Source: Candidatus Uhrbacteria bacterium (GTDB lineage: Bacteria > Patescibacteriota > Patescibacteriia > JACQRZ01). Taken from it: 64,000 nt of DNA. The notes beneath the pieces were generated by a model. The model saw only the letters and a program-made list of their open reading frames with translations, did no database searches and was not told where the DNA came from. Positions 46,810 through 55,249 of this stretch are shown in pieces. Position 1 is the stretch's first letter. Each line of letters starts with the position of its first letter. Made by a program: the position numbers and the translations under genes. The stretch spans positions 217,910 through 281,909 of the forward strand of contig JACQSC010000004.1 in assembly GCA_016206155.1 (NCBI GenBank), written 5' to 3'.

Positions 46810-48768
46810 ATGAAACCTTTAACAGGATTATTTGTAAAAGGCGTAGTTGGTTTTTCCTTTGTTGGAGCTCTTATTCTTGCCCCAACTGTATCATATGCCG
46901 CGGACAAGAGCAATGAAGGAGGGGCGCTTCGTCTCATCCAAAGCGATTTTTCACTCTCCCTCAAACCGCTCGAACAGCATCGGTTCGGCGTTGGCTTTAA
47001 AAATACCGGCAGCACGACCTGGAAAAAGGGGCGCGATGCAATGACGCTGCGTGCAAAGGCAAAGAAGGAGAGCTACTTTTATCATGTATCATGGAAGAGC
47101 GGAACCATAGTTATGGACCTTCCTGGAGACGTAAAAAGCGGAGAGGTTGTTTATTTTTGGTTTACTCTTGAGGCGCCAAAAACAACGGGTTCGTATGTTG
47201 AAGAGCTGACGCTCTATCGTGACGGGCAAGCTCTTGCCGGAAGCGTTACGCGTATTCCCATCAGCGTGCAGGGGAGCGCCGAGTATAAGCCGCTTGCCGC
47301 GACCCCAACCGCGACGCTTGCGGCCCCAGCCCAACAGTCAGTTGTTCAGCTTACCGCGACCAAGCTCATTCAGAGCGCCCCGAGTCTTACCATGAAACAA
47401 TACGAACGCACAACGTTTGGCATCGGATTCAAGAATACCAGCACGCGCCCATGGTCCTCTGCCGATGCGATCACCTTGCGCGCCAAGGCCGCGAAAGAAA
47501 GTTATTTTTATGATTCCTCATGGAAGAGCGGAACCGTTGTGATGGATCTTCCGCGGGAGGTACAACCCGGTGAGGTTGTCTATTTTTGGTTTACGCTGTT
47601 TGCGCCCATTTATCCGCGCACCTACGAGGAAAAACTTTTCCTCTATGCGGGGGAGACAAAGATTGTTGGAAGTGACGTTGCCATTCCCATCGTCGTAGTT
47701 CCCGCCTCCTCCTCGGCGCTGACCACGGCCACGCCTGAGGACACATCGCGCCCGAGCACAACGCTTATTGAGACAGCGGCTCCTCAGGCGCGGTCCGGTA
47801 TCATCGACGACAAAACAGAGGTCGAACCATTTATCCGTGTTGGCCTCTATCACACAACCGAACCAATTCGAATAACCGCGCAGAAGGAGTATGATGTTCG
47901 CGACGAGGATGGAACAGCGCTTGCCCATGAACAAGCGGGAGCCGTGACAACGATAACATTCGATTTTGCGACAAAGGCATATACAATAACAACGCCCTCC
48001 ACAAGCGTGATGACATCGAAGTATGTGCGCCTGCGCGGATCCACCCTGCCCTATCGTCTGGTGACGCGGCAAGACGGGTCTATTGTCGTAGAACCCGTAG
48101 CGGATCAAGATACCATTTTTGAAATTCTTTCATACTCAAACCGCCCGACATGGTCGAGCACACTGAACGATAATACATTTCGCGGTGAGCTCGAGGTGAG
48201 GTACGCGCCCCTCACTGACCGTCTATGGGTTGTCAATGAGCTCTTGTTTGAGCAGTATTTGAAGGGCATTGCCGAGACGTCAAATAGTTCACCGTACGAG
48301 TATCAGAAAGCATTGATTATCGCAGCGCGCACTTACGCGAAATATCATATTGATCGCAACACTAAGCACGCATCAGAGGGATTTACAGTCAAGCCGACCG
48401 AGGCCGATCAGGTGTATCGCGGCTATGGCGCGGAAAAGAGGCTATCCAATATTTCACGCGCGATTGACGAAACGCGCGGCGTGATTGTGTACTATGGGGA
48501 TACGCTTGCCATCACGCCGTATTCTTCTAATACGGACGGACGCACGCGAAGCTGGGAAGAGGTGTGGGGCGGTTCACCAAAACCATGGCTTGTAAGCGTT
48601 CCTGATCCGTGTTGTACCGGCATGGCTATGCGCTATTCGAACAACAGCTATAGTCATGGTGTTGGTATGTCTGCGCGCGGAGCGCTTGCCATGGCGCTTG
48701 ACAATAAAGGATTTGAGGAAATTTTAAAATACTACTATACTGGTATTGAACTCCATAAAAAATACTAA
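46810..48768 (+). CDS. SpoIID/LytB-family lytic transglycosylase with two N-terminal Ig-like repeats
   Basis: Duplicated GFKNT...W...ESYFY..SWKSGT...GEVVYFWFTL; VVNELLFEQYLKGIAE, KALIIAARTY, DQVYRG, SHGVGMSARGA, ILKYYY. Confidence 0.9.
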   Translation: MKPLTGLFVKGVVGFSFVGALILAPTVSYAADKSNEGGALRLIQSDFSLSLKPLEQHRFGVGFKNTGSTTWKKGRDAMTLRAKAKKESYFYHVSWKSGTIVMDLPGDVKSGEVVYFWFTLEAPKTTGSYVEELTLYRDGQALAGSVTRIPISVQGSAEYKPLAATPTATLAAPAQQSVVQLTATKLIQSAPSLTMKQYERTTFGIGFKNTSTRPWSSADAITLRAKAAKESYFYDSSWKSGTVVMDLPREVQPGEVVYFWFTLFAPIYPRTYEEKLFLYAGETKIVGSDVAIPIVVVPASSSALTTATPEDTSRPSTTLIETAAPQARSGIIDDKTEVEPFIRVGLYHTTEPIRITAQKEYDVRDEDGTALAHEQAGAVTTITFDFATKAYTITTPSTSVMTSKYVRLRGSTLPYRLVTRQDGSIVVEPVADQDTIFEILSYSNRPTWSSTLNDNTFRGELEVRYAPLTDRLWVVNELLFEQYLKGIAETSNSSPYEYQKALIIAARTYAKYHIDRNTKHASEGFTVKPTEADQVYRGYGAEKRLSNISRAIDETRGVIVYYGDTLAITPYSSNTDGRTRSWEEVWGGSPKPWLVSVPDPCCTGMAMRYSNNSYSHGVGMSARGALAMALDNKGFEEILKYYYTGIELHKKY

Positions 48769-48800
48769 ACCCTAAACCCTAAACCCTAAACCCTAAACCC
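48766..48800. repeat. Perfect (TAAACCC)x5 tandem repeat
   Basis: Five exact heptamers from the SpoIID stop codon to 6 nt before the pilT start. Confidence 0.95.
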
Positions 48801-48806
48801 TATCCT

Positions 48807-49835
48807 ATGACCATTGACGAAATACTTAATCTCGCGATTAAAAAAAATTCTTCTGATATCCACCTAGCGATTCATAAACGTCCGGTATTTCGTATGGACG
48901 GGCAGCTGGTTGAGCAGGAGGAATTCGCGGTTTTTGAAGACGTAGAATTAAAAAACACCATTCTCGAGCCGCTTTCTGATTATCAGAAGAAGGAACTTGA
49001 AGCAGAGCGTGAACTCGCGTTCGTGTACTCGCTGCCCGACCATCACCGGTTTCGCGTAAACGTGTTTTGGGATCAGGGACGCCTCGCATTGGCCGCGCGC
49101 GCCATTCCCTCAACGGTTCCAACCATGGAACAGGTGGGTCTGCCAAAAGTTGCCTATGATTTTCTCAATCTCGACAAGGGTCTCATTATCCTCACCGGCC
49201 AAACAGGAAACGGCAAGTCAACGAGCCTTGCCGCGATGATTGATCATGTTAACAAGACACGCGCTGCTCACATCATCACCTTTGAAGATCCGATTGAATT
49301 TGTCTTCAAGTCAGAAAGCTCCATTGTGCGACAGCGCGAATACGGAGCGGATTTTACAAGCTTTGAGAAAAGTTTGAAGTTCGTGGTGCGTCATGACCCC
49401 AACGTTATTATGGTAGGCGAGATGCGCGATCCGGAGACTATTGCAACAACCATCACGCTTGCAGAAACAGGGCACCTGGTGCTCACCACCCTCCATACCT
49501 TTGACGCCGCGCAAACCATCTATCGCATCATCGATTATTTCCCGTCAGATCAGCAGGATCAGATTCGACTGCAGCTTGCGCTCACACTGCGCGGCATCAT
49601 CTCTCAATTGCTCCTGCCAAAAGTCGGCGGCGGGCGTATTCCGGCGCGCGAGATTTTGGTCAACACGCCGGCAATCGCGAACCTTATTCGTGAAAACAAA
49701 ATCGAACACATTCCATCCATACTCCAGACCGGACAGGATCATGGCATGACGACCATGGATCAGGCGCTACAAGACCTTCTCGGTAAGAAGTTGATTACCG
49801 ATGACACAGCTCGGGCACACATGACAAGGACGTAA
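48807..49835 (+). CDS. pilT: Type IV pilus retraction ATPase PilT/PilU
   Basis: SDIHL, RFRVNVF, GQTGNGKST, EDPIE, DPNVIMVGEMRD, AETGHLVLTTLHT. Confidence 0.93.
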   Translation: MTIDEILNLAIKKNSSDIHLAIHKRPVFRMDGQLVEQEEFAVFEDVELKNTILEPLSDYQKKELEAERELAFVYSLPDHHRFRVNVFWDQGRLALAARAIPSTVPTMEQVGLPKVAYDFLNLDKGLIILTGQTGNGKSTSLAAMIDHVNKTRAAHIITFEDPIEFVFKSESSIVRQREYGADFTSFEKSLKFVVRHDPNVIMVGEMRDPETIATTITLAETGHLVLTTLHTFDAAQTIYRIIDYFPSDQQDQIRLQLALTLRGIISQLLLPKVGGGRIPAREILVNTPAIANLIRENKIEHIPSILQTGQDHGMTTMDQALQDLLGKKLITDDTARAHMTRT

Positions 49836-49893
49836 GTCAGCCACTATCCCTTCACAAAATAATCACGGCACGGTACACTTGCCGTATATTTTA

Positions 49894-49965
49894 GCGCCCG
49901 TCGTTCAATGGATAGGACGCGTGACTTCGAATCACGCGATGGGGGTTCGATTCCCTCCGGGCGCA
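49894..49965 (+). tRNA. tRNA-Arg(TCG), CCA not encoded
   Basis: Acceptor gcgcccg/cgggcgc, anticodon arm cgtga-ctTCGaa-tcacg, ggttcgattcc. Confidence 0.93.
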
Positions 49966-50113
49966 AGAGAGCGAAGCGAACGGGAGCGCGCGGAAGCAAC
50001 AGCCAGTGGCTGTTGCGTGGGATGAGAACGGGTGGTGAGTGCGCGCAACCACCCAGGACAGCGAGCCTGCCTGCGGTAGGCAGGTCGGATGCGAAGCGGC
50101 GATTCTCTCCGGG
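49966..50113 (+). repeat. Structured post-tRNA element ending in a partial copy of the tRNA 3' end
   Basis: Hairpins gcaacagcca/tggctgttgc, gggtggt/accaccc, cctgcct/aggcagg; cgattctctccggg (50100-50113) matches 13/14 to tRNA 49948-49961. Confidence 0.55.
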
Positions 50114-50736
50114 AGTTTAATGGCGCGCCACGTTTTCTTGGCACTGACGAGAAGGGGCGGGAAGTGCTTACGTTTATCAAGGGCGAAGTGCCGCACAGAG
50201 AAATAGATTGGACTGACGATCAGCTCATTGTTGTTGTTCAGATGCTTAAACGTTTTCACGATGCAACAGCGGGAAGCACACTTGCCGGCAATCATGAAGT
50301 TGTTTGCCATAATGACGCGGCTCCATGGAACATCGTACTGGACGATACTACGCCGGTTGCATTCATAGATTTTGACGGTGCGAGTCCGGGCAATCGCGCT
50401 GATGATCTGGCATATTTTCTGTGGACATTCCTTCGGCTGGGTAGTGACATTCCAGCCGACCAGCAAGCGCGAAAGATACGAACGCTCTGTGAAGAGTATG
50501 GATTTGCCGATGGGCAGGCATTATTTGAAGCGCTTATTAAACAGCAGAAAAAGATTTTAGCAAAAAGAGAACTATTGGCACAAGAAGCTCCTGACGAAGA
50601 GTCGCGTGAGTTTTCCAGGACACGAGCCACAAACATCCGTTCGGAAATTGAGTGGGTTCAATCACACAAGACATTGTTTGAAAATCTGTTTCATGGCCAA
50701 GGCACCCACCTGCCGGAAAGGCCCATTCGTCCTTGA
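50114..50736 (+). pseudogene. 5'-truncated aminoglycoside-phosphotransferase-like kinase
   Basis: APRFLGTDEKGREVLTFIKG, VCHNDAAPWNIV, FIDFD; the N-terminal lobe appears missing and the nominal start lies in the post-tRNA element. Confidence 0.6.
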
Positions 50737-50761
50737 CAGAAAATAATACTATTTGTATACT
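50733..50761 (+). promoter_or_regulatory. Sigma70 promoter of the AAA ATPase operon
   Basis: ttgaca (overlapping the upstream TGA), 17-nt spacer, tatact. Confidence 0.65.
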
Positions 50762-50788
50762 GTATATATAGTTTAGTAATACCCCGCT

Positions 50789-51967
50789 ATGATGTATCCA
50801 AGAACTATTTATTCCCGTATCAAGGCGCATCTCGGCACGAAGTCAGTTGTTGTCCTCACGGGAATGAGAAGGACCGGAAAGACGACTATTCTGAAACATA
50901 TTCTGTCCGAGATACGTTCGGATAATAAGGCATACTTTGATCTGGAAAAAATAAGCGACCGCGAATTTTTTGATCGCAAAAATTATGATTCCATACTGCT
51001 TGACCTCGCGCAACGAGGACTTGAGCCGAAAAAAAAGCTCTATCTTTGCATTGACGAAATACAGTTCCTGCCGAATATCACGAGTGTCATTAAATATCTC
51101 TATGATCACCATCGTATAAAATTTTTCGCTACCGGATCGAGCTCGTATTATTTGAAGAATCTGTTTACCCAATCGCTTGCCGGACGAAAAATTGTCTTTG
51201 AGCTTTTCCCGCTTGATTTTTGCGAGTTTCTCACCTTCAAGGATGTTCCCCATAGAGAAGGTTCGTTTCTTAAAAATGCCTTCTCGCGAGCAGAGTATGA
51301 ACGCCTTCGATTTTATTATGAGGAATTTATTGAGTTTGGCGGATTTCCGGAAGTTGTGTTGACAAAAAGCAAAGTTCTTAAAAAAGAGATGCTGAATGAT
51401 ATTATCAGCTCCTATATCAATATTGACATACAGTCGTTGGCCGATTTTCGGAAAGGCAAGGATATATACAATCTTATCAAAATGCTTGCATCTCGCTGTG
51501 CAACGCGGCTTGATTACAGCAAGCTTGCCAGTATGAGCGGTTTATCGCGCCCCACAGTTGAATCGTACGTAGATTTTTTTGAGAAGACCTACCTTATTAC
51601 CCGCGTCCCGGTCTTTACTCGCAATACAGACAGGGAAATCGTCAAGGCACGTAAGATCTTTTTTTGTGATAATGGTCTTATGGGTATTCTTGCACAAAAC
51701 AGCAGTGGAGTACTATTTGAAAATGCGCTTTTCAATCAGTTGCGCCACAAAGGCGAAGTGCGCTATTATGCGCTCAAGGATGGAAGCGAGATCGATTTTA
51801 TTCTTGATGGAACAATGGCTCTCGAGGCGAAGGAGTCGCCAACAGGCGTTGACCTGAATACGCTTGCACGGTTGAGCAGAATCGCGAAATTAAAAAAAAT
51901 CCATCTTGTTGGCCGTTACGAAGTACCGCGATTTAACGATTATATCTGGGGCGGAGCTATTCGATAG
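50789..51967 (+). CDS. AAA+ ATPase (AAA_14 plus DUF4143-type C-terminal restriction-endonuclease-like domain)
   Basis: GMRRTGKTT, IDEIQ, TGSSS, SLAGR, GGFPE, KIFFCDNG, FENA, EIDFI...EAK. Confidence 0.88.
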   Translation: MMYPRTIYSRIKAHLGTKSVVVLTGMRRTGKTTILKHILSEIRSDNKAYFDLEKISDREFFDRKNYDSILLDLAQRGLEPKKKLYLCIDEIQFLPNITSVIKYLYDHHRIKFFATGSSSYYLKNLFTQSLAGRKIVFELFPLDFCEFLTFKDVPHREGSFLKNAFSRAEYERLRFYYEEFIEFGGFPEVVLTKSKVLKKEMLNDIISSYINIDIQSLADFRKGKDIYNLIKMLASRCATRLDYSKLASMSGLSRPTVESYVDFFEKTYLITRVPVFTRNTDREIVKARKIFFCDNGLMGILAQNSSGVLFENALFNQLRHKGEVRYYALKDGSEIDFILDGTMALEAKESPTGVDLNTLARLSRIAKLKKIHLVGRYEVPRFNDYIWGGAIR

Positions 51968-51971
51968 GTGT

Positions 51972-52427
51972 ATGCGAAGAATCAAACGAGAAATAGTGTC
52001 AGCGCTGATTTTTTCACAAGAAGGTAAACTCTTTCAAGGGAAAAAAGACCCGGCGAAAGGTGGCGTCTATAGTGATGCGTGGCATCTTCCGGGCGGAGGC
52101 ATTGAAGAAGGGGAGGACACTATAACTGCGCTCAAGCGAGAGATACTGGAGGAAACAGGAATTGATATTTCCCCATACCCCATTGAATTGATCGACGATG
52201 TCGGACGGGGCGAATCGGAAAAGACACTTGAAGATGGCGAGCAGGTGATATGCGAGATGGTATTTAATGTTTACGGGGTGACAATCTACGACAAGAAAGC
52301 AGATGAGATCGTCGTGAATTTGGACGGTGATCTGATCGAATACGCGTGGCGCAGCATTTCAGAATTGAAAAATATTGTGCTCACGCCACCGTCAAAAGAG
52401 CTATTTACTCGTCTTGGATATATATGA
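51972..52427 (+). CDS. NUDIX hydrolase
   Basis: WHLPGGGIEEGEDTITALKREILEETG Nudix box. Confidence 0.92.
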   Translation: MRRIKREIVSALIFSQEGKLFQGKKDPAKGGVYSDAWHLPGGGIEEGEDTITALKREILEETGIDISPYPIELIDDVGRGESEKTLEDGEQVICEMVFNVYGVTIYDKKADEIVVNLDGDLIEYAWRSISELKNIVLTPPSKELFTRLGYI

Positions 52428-53116
52428 TTGATCTTAAAGGAAAAGTCATTGTTATTACCGGCGCAAGCAGGGGGTTGGGTCGCGCACTTGCGAGAGTCCT
52501 TGCGCAAGAGGGTGCGCAATTAGTGCTTGCGAATCGTAATGTCGAAGAGTTGAATGAGGTTGCGCAAGAGACTGGCGGCATTGCGGTTGTTGCTGACGTT
52601 TCCGACGAAGCACAGGTACAGGGCCTTGCTCGTACCACAATAGAAAAATATGGACGCATCGATATCTGGATAAACAACGCCGGTATCTGGATGCCGCATG
52701 TGCCGATTGAGGAACTGAACTGGAAGCGTGTTCACGAGATTTTTGAAGTCAATGTTTTCGGTTTGATGTATGGGTCGAAGGAAGCGCTGGTACAGATGAA
52801 AAAACAACAATCGGGAACAATCATTAATATTATTTCTGTCCGTGGTGTTGACCCCCTTCCAAACGAAGCGGGGTATACGGCAAGTAAGTTCGCGGCAACA
52901 GGGTTTACGAAATGTTTGCGCCTCGAAGCCGAACCATTCGGTGTTCGTGTCTTTGGCATTTACCCCGGCGGCATGAAAACCCATCTCTTTGATGAAGCGC
53001 CGCGCGCAGAATACAACGAATTCATGGACCCTGCCGATGTCGCGCAAAAGATAATCAGCCACATCAAAGATGAGCATGCCGATCCCGATCTCATTCTCAA
53101 ACGCCCAAACACATAG
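52424..53116 (+). CDS. Short-chain dehydrogenase/reductase
   Basis: TGASRGLG, INNAG, YTASK. Confidence 0.93.
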   Translation: MIDLKGKVIVITGASRGLGRALARVLAQEGAQLVLANRNVEELNEVAQETGGIAVVADVSDEAQVQGLARTTIEKYGRIDIWINNAGIWMPHVPIEELNWKRVHEIFEVNVFGLMYGSKEALVQMKKQQSGTIINIISVRGVDPLPNEAGYTASKFAATGFTKCLRLEAEPFGVRVFGIYPGGMKTHLFDEAPRAEYNEFMDPADVAQKIISHIKDEHADPDLILKRPNT

Positions 53117-53122
53117 CTATCT

Positions 53123-53437
53123 ATGCCATCAGAAACGCGCGCATGCCAGAACCGTAATCATCAGTGCACGAACGCGTTCAAAGTGTTGAGCGTGGATCTT
53201 GATTTTTATCGAGCGCATCATCTGCCGATCCACAGACTATGCCCTAATTGCCGCCATTATGAACGTCTCGCAAAACGAGAACCGGTTCAGCTCTGGAGCC
53301 GAACCTGCATGTGCGCAGGCGCGCCTTCTCATGCGCATGGCACGTTGCCTTGTACCGTATCATTTCAAACGTCGTACGCACTCTATCGACCGGAGATTAT
53401 CTATTGCGAAGCGTGCTATCAGCAGGAGGTTGTGTAA
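53123..53437 (+). CDS. Cys-rich zinc-ribbon family copy 1, internally deleted mini-form (N-terminus fused to C-terminal domain)
   Basis: MPSETRACQN joined to NHQCTNAFKV...LCPNCRHYER...FQTSYA...PEIIYCEACYQQEVV, matching both ends of the 597/598-aa paralogs. Confidence 0.7.
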   Translation: MPSETRACQNRNHQCTNAFKVLSVDLDFYRAHHLPIHRLCPNCRHYERLAKREPVQLWSRTCMCAGAPSHAHGTLPCTVSFQTSYALYRPEIIYCEACYQQEVV

Positions 53438-53441
53438 GTAT

Positions 53442-53471
53442 TTGACAATGTCGCACGGCGGCGTATACTAT
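53442..53471 (+). promoter_or_regulatory. Promoter of TA module 1
   Basis: ttgaca 53442-53447; tatact/tactat 53464-53471. Confidence 0.65.
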
Positions 53472-53502
53472 GGAGTGTTATTAATAATTAACAACAAAAC
53501 AT

Positions 53503-53769
53503 ATGGCACGTACCGTATTTACCACAACCATCTCGCTTCCTAAAACAATGGCCGCAACATTGAAGCAAATGGAGCGGGAAGAGGGACGTACAACCAGCGG
53601 GCTTATACAAGAAGCGCTTCGGCATTATGAGCGCTTTCATCGTTTCGAGAGTGGTCGGCGACACATAAGCTGGAACATCCTTAAAAAAGATCTTGCACGC
53701 ATTTCAAAGGCTGGGCGACAAAATGTCAACCTCGCGGATGCTATTGCACGAGATCGACTCTCTCATTAG
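53503..53769 (+). CDS. Ribbon-helix-helix (CopG-like) antitoxin
   Basis: TTTISLPKTMAATLKQMEREEGRTTSGLIQEALRHY; upstream of a PIN gene. Confidence 0.8.
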   Translation: MARTVFTTTISLPKTMAATLKQMEREEGRTTSGLIQEALRHYERFHRFESGRRHISWNILKKDLARISKAGRQNVNLADAIARDRLSH

Positions 53770-53778
53770 GGTAGCAGT

Positions 53779-54231
53779 ATGATGATATCACATCTGTACA
53801 TCCTTGACGCATCCGTTATTGTTAAGTTATTCAATAAGGAATGTGAAGAATCGACAGAGGAAGCCGAAGATATTCTCGATGCCGCGCACCGCGGCATTCA
53901 TCTTTTGGCGACATGCGATCTCGCCGTACATGAAGTATTCAATGTTCTGATCCGTTCGAAGGGGGTGAGAGGGCGCGATCTTGAACTTGCTGTTGAGCGA
54001 TTTTTTGCTCTTCCTTGCCAGCTTCTTCAAACAGACGCGTCGTGCGCGGCGCTCGCGGCGATGATTGCCACGGAATCAGGCATCACATTTTACGACGCCG
54101 TGTATTTGGCTCAGACGCAGAGGCGCAACGCGCCGCTTATCACTGCGAATCCCAAGCATCAACGATCGTCGCGGGGGATAGAGGTTATCTCACTCGATCA
54201 GTGGTTTTCATTCAAGCAAAAAACAGCATAG
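53779..54231 (+). CDS. VapC/PIN-domain toxin
   Basis: ILDASVIVK, HEVFNVL, ITFYDAVYLA, LITAN. Confidence 0.88.
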   Translation: MMISHLYILDASVIVKLFNKECEESTEEAEDILDAAHRGIHLLATCDLAVHEVFNVLIRSKGVRGRDLELAVERFFALPCQLLQTDASCAALAAMIATESGITFYDAVYLAQTQRRNAPLITANPKHQRSSRGIEVISLDQWFSFKQKTA

Positions 54232-54246
54232 CGAGGAGATGACGCT

Positions 54247-54726
54247 ATGAACAGTGAACAAAGAATCTGCCAGAACTGTAAACAATCCTTCATTATAGAA
54301 TCGGAGGACTTTATGTTTTACGAAAAGATGAAAGTCCCGCCGCCGACGTGGTGTCCCGAGTGCACGAATGTAAGTTTTTCATTGAATCTTCAAAATTGCA
54401 TGGACTGTTTTGGGTGCGTGAATTTGAAGAATAAACAGCACTGTATTTTTAATGAGCAGTATACGAAAGAAGAATACGAACAAAAGATGAAGGAATTTGA
54501 TTTCGGCTCCTACTCGTTTGTTCAAGAGATGAAAAAGAAGGTTTCTGAACTTTCATTGAAGTATCCACGACGATATGTTGAGGGGCTGAATAATGAACAG
54601 GTGGTCGGTGACTACATTTTTAATTCAAAGAATGTAGCACAGTGCACCGAAGTGACCGATTGCGAGAACTGCAAACCACCCATTGAAATATCAAAAGTGT
54701 TACCTATGTATGCGTCTTGTACATGA
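54247..54726 (+). pseudogene. Cys-rich zinc-ribbon family copy 2, internally deleted and 3'-truncated
   Basis: N-terminal CQNC...WCPEC fused in frame to the CMDCFGCVNLKNKQHCIFNEQYTKEEY segment; lacks the C-terminal domain. Confidence 0.7.
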
Positions 54727-54728
54727 TT

Positions 54729-54757
54729 TTGACAAACGCACAATGCTTTGTTAGTAT
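54729..54757 (+). promoter_or_regulatory. Promoter of TA module 2
   Basis: ttgaca 54729-54734, 17 nt, tagtat 54752-54757; ATG at 54766. Confidence 0.7.
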
Positions 54758-54765
54758 AGAGCAAT

Positions 54766-55023
54766 ATGGAACAGAGATTGCTCAATTACGTTGTTATATT
54801 GGAGTCCGATATTCGAACGGGGAGCGATGAGCCCTGCTATAGTATTTATTGCCCCTCGTTGGGACTCTCTGATAGCGGTGATACTATTGAGGATGCGCTT
54901 GAAAATATGAAAGACCTTATTGTATTTCACCTCGATTCTCTTCGCAAAGAGCAGGAACCGATCCCTACGGCGGGTATTGCTCAACCCCTTATTGCAACAG
55001 TGCAAGTCGCCTATCCGAGTTAA
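54766..55023 (+). CDS. hicB: HicB-family antitoxin (no DNA-binding extension)
   Basis: YSIYCPSLGLSDSGDTIEDALENMKDLI. Confidence 0.87.
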   Translation: MEQRLLNYVVILESDIRTGSDEPCYSIYCPSLGLSDSGDTIEDALENMKDLIVFHLDSLRKEQEPIPTAGIAQPLIATVQVAYPS

Positions 55024-55027
55024 TGGT

Positions 55028-55249
55028 ATGCCGAAACTCGCAGAGGTTATGCCAAAGGACCTTTTGAAAGCTCTTCTTAAGGGTGGTTTTGTCATTACAA
55101 ATCAATCCGGAAGTCATGTGCGTCTCCATCATTTTGATGGACGAAAGACGACCCTTGCGGTTCACGCAAAACCGCTTCCGAAAGGAACGCTCGCGTCGAT
55201 TCTCCGTCACACCCAGATTTCCAGAGAAGAACTTGAACATTTATTATGA
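55028..55249 (+). CDS. hicA: HicA-family toxin
   Basis: MPKL...LKALLKGGF...QSGSHVRL...VHAKPLPKGTLASILR. Confidence 0.9.
   Translation: MPKLAEVMPKDLLKALLKGGFVITNQSGSHVRLHHFDGRKTTLAVHAKPLPKGTLASILRHTQISREELEHLL

Noticed and set aside
48766-48800. Eukaryotic telomere contamination or chimeric join
   Set aside because: The repeat is embedded cleanly between two intact co-oriented bacterial genes, and other heptamer repeats occur across the window.
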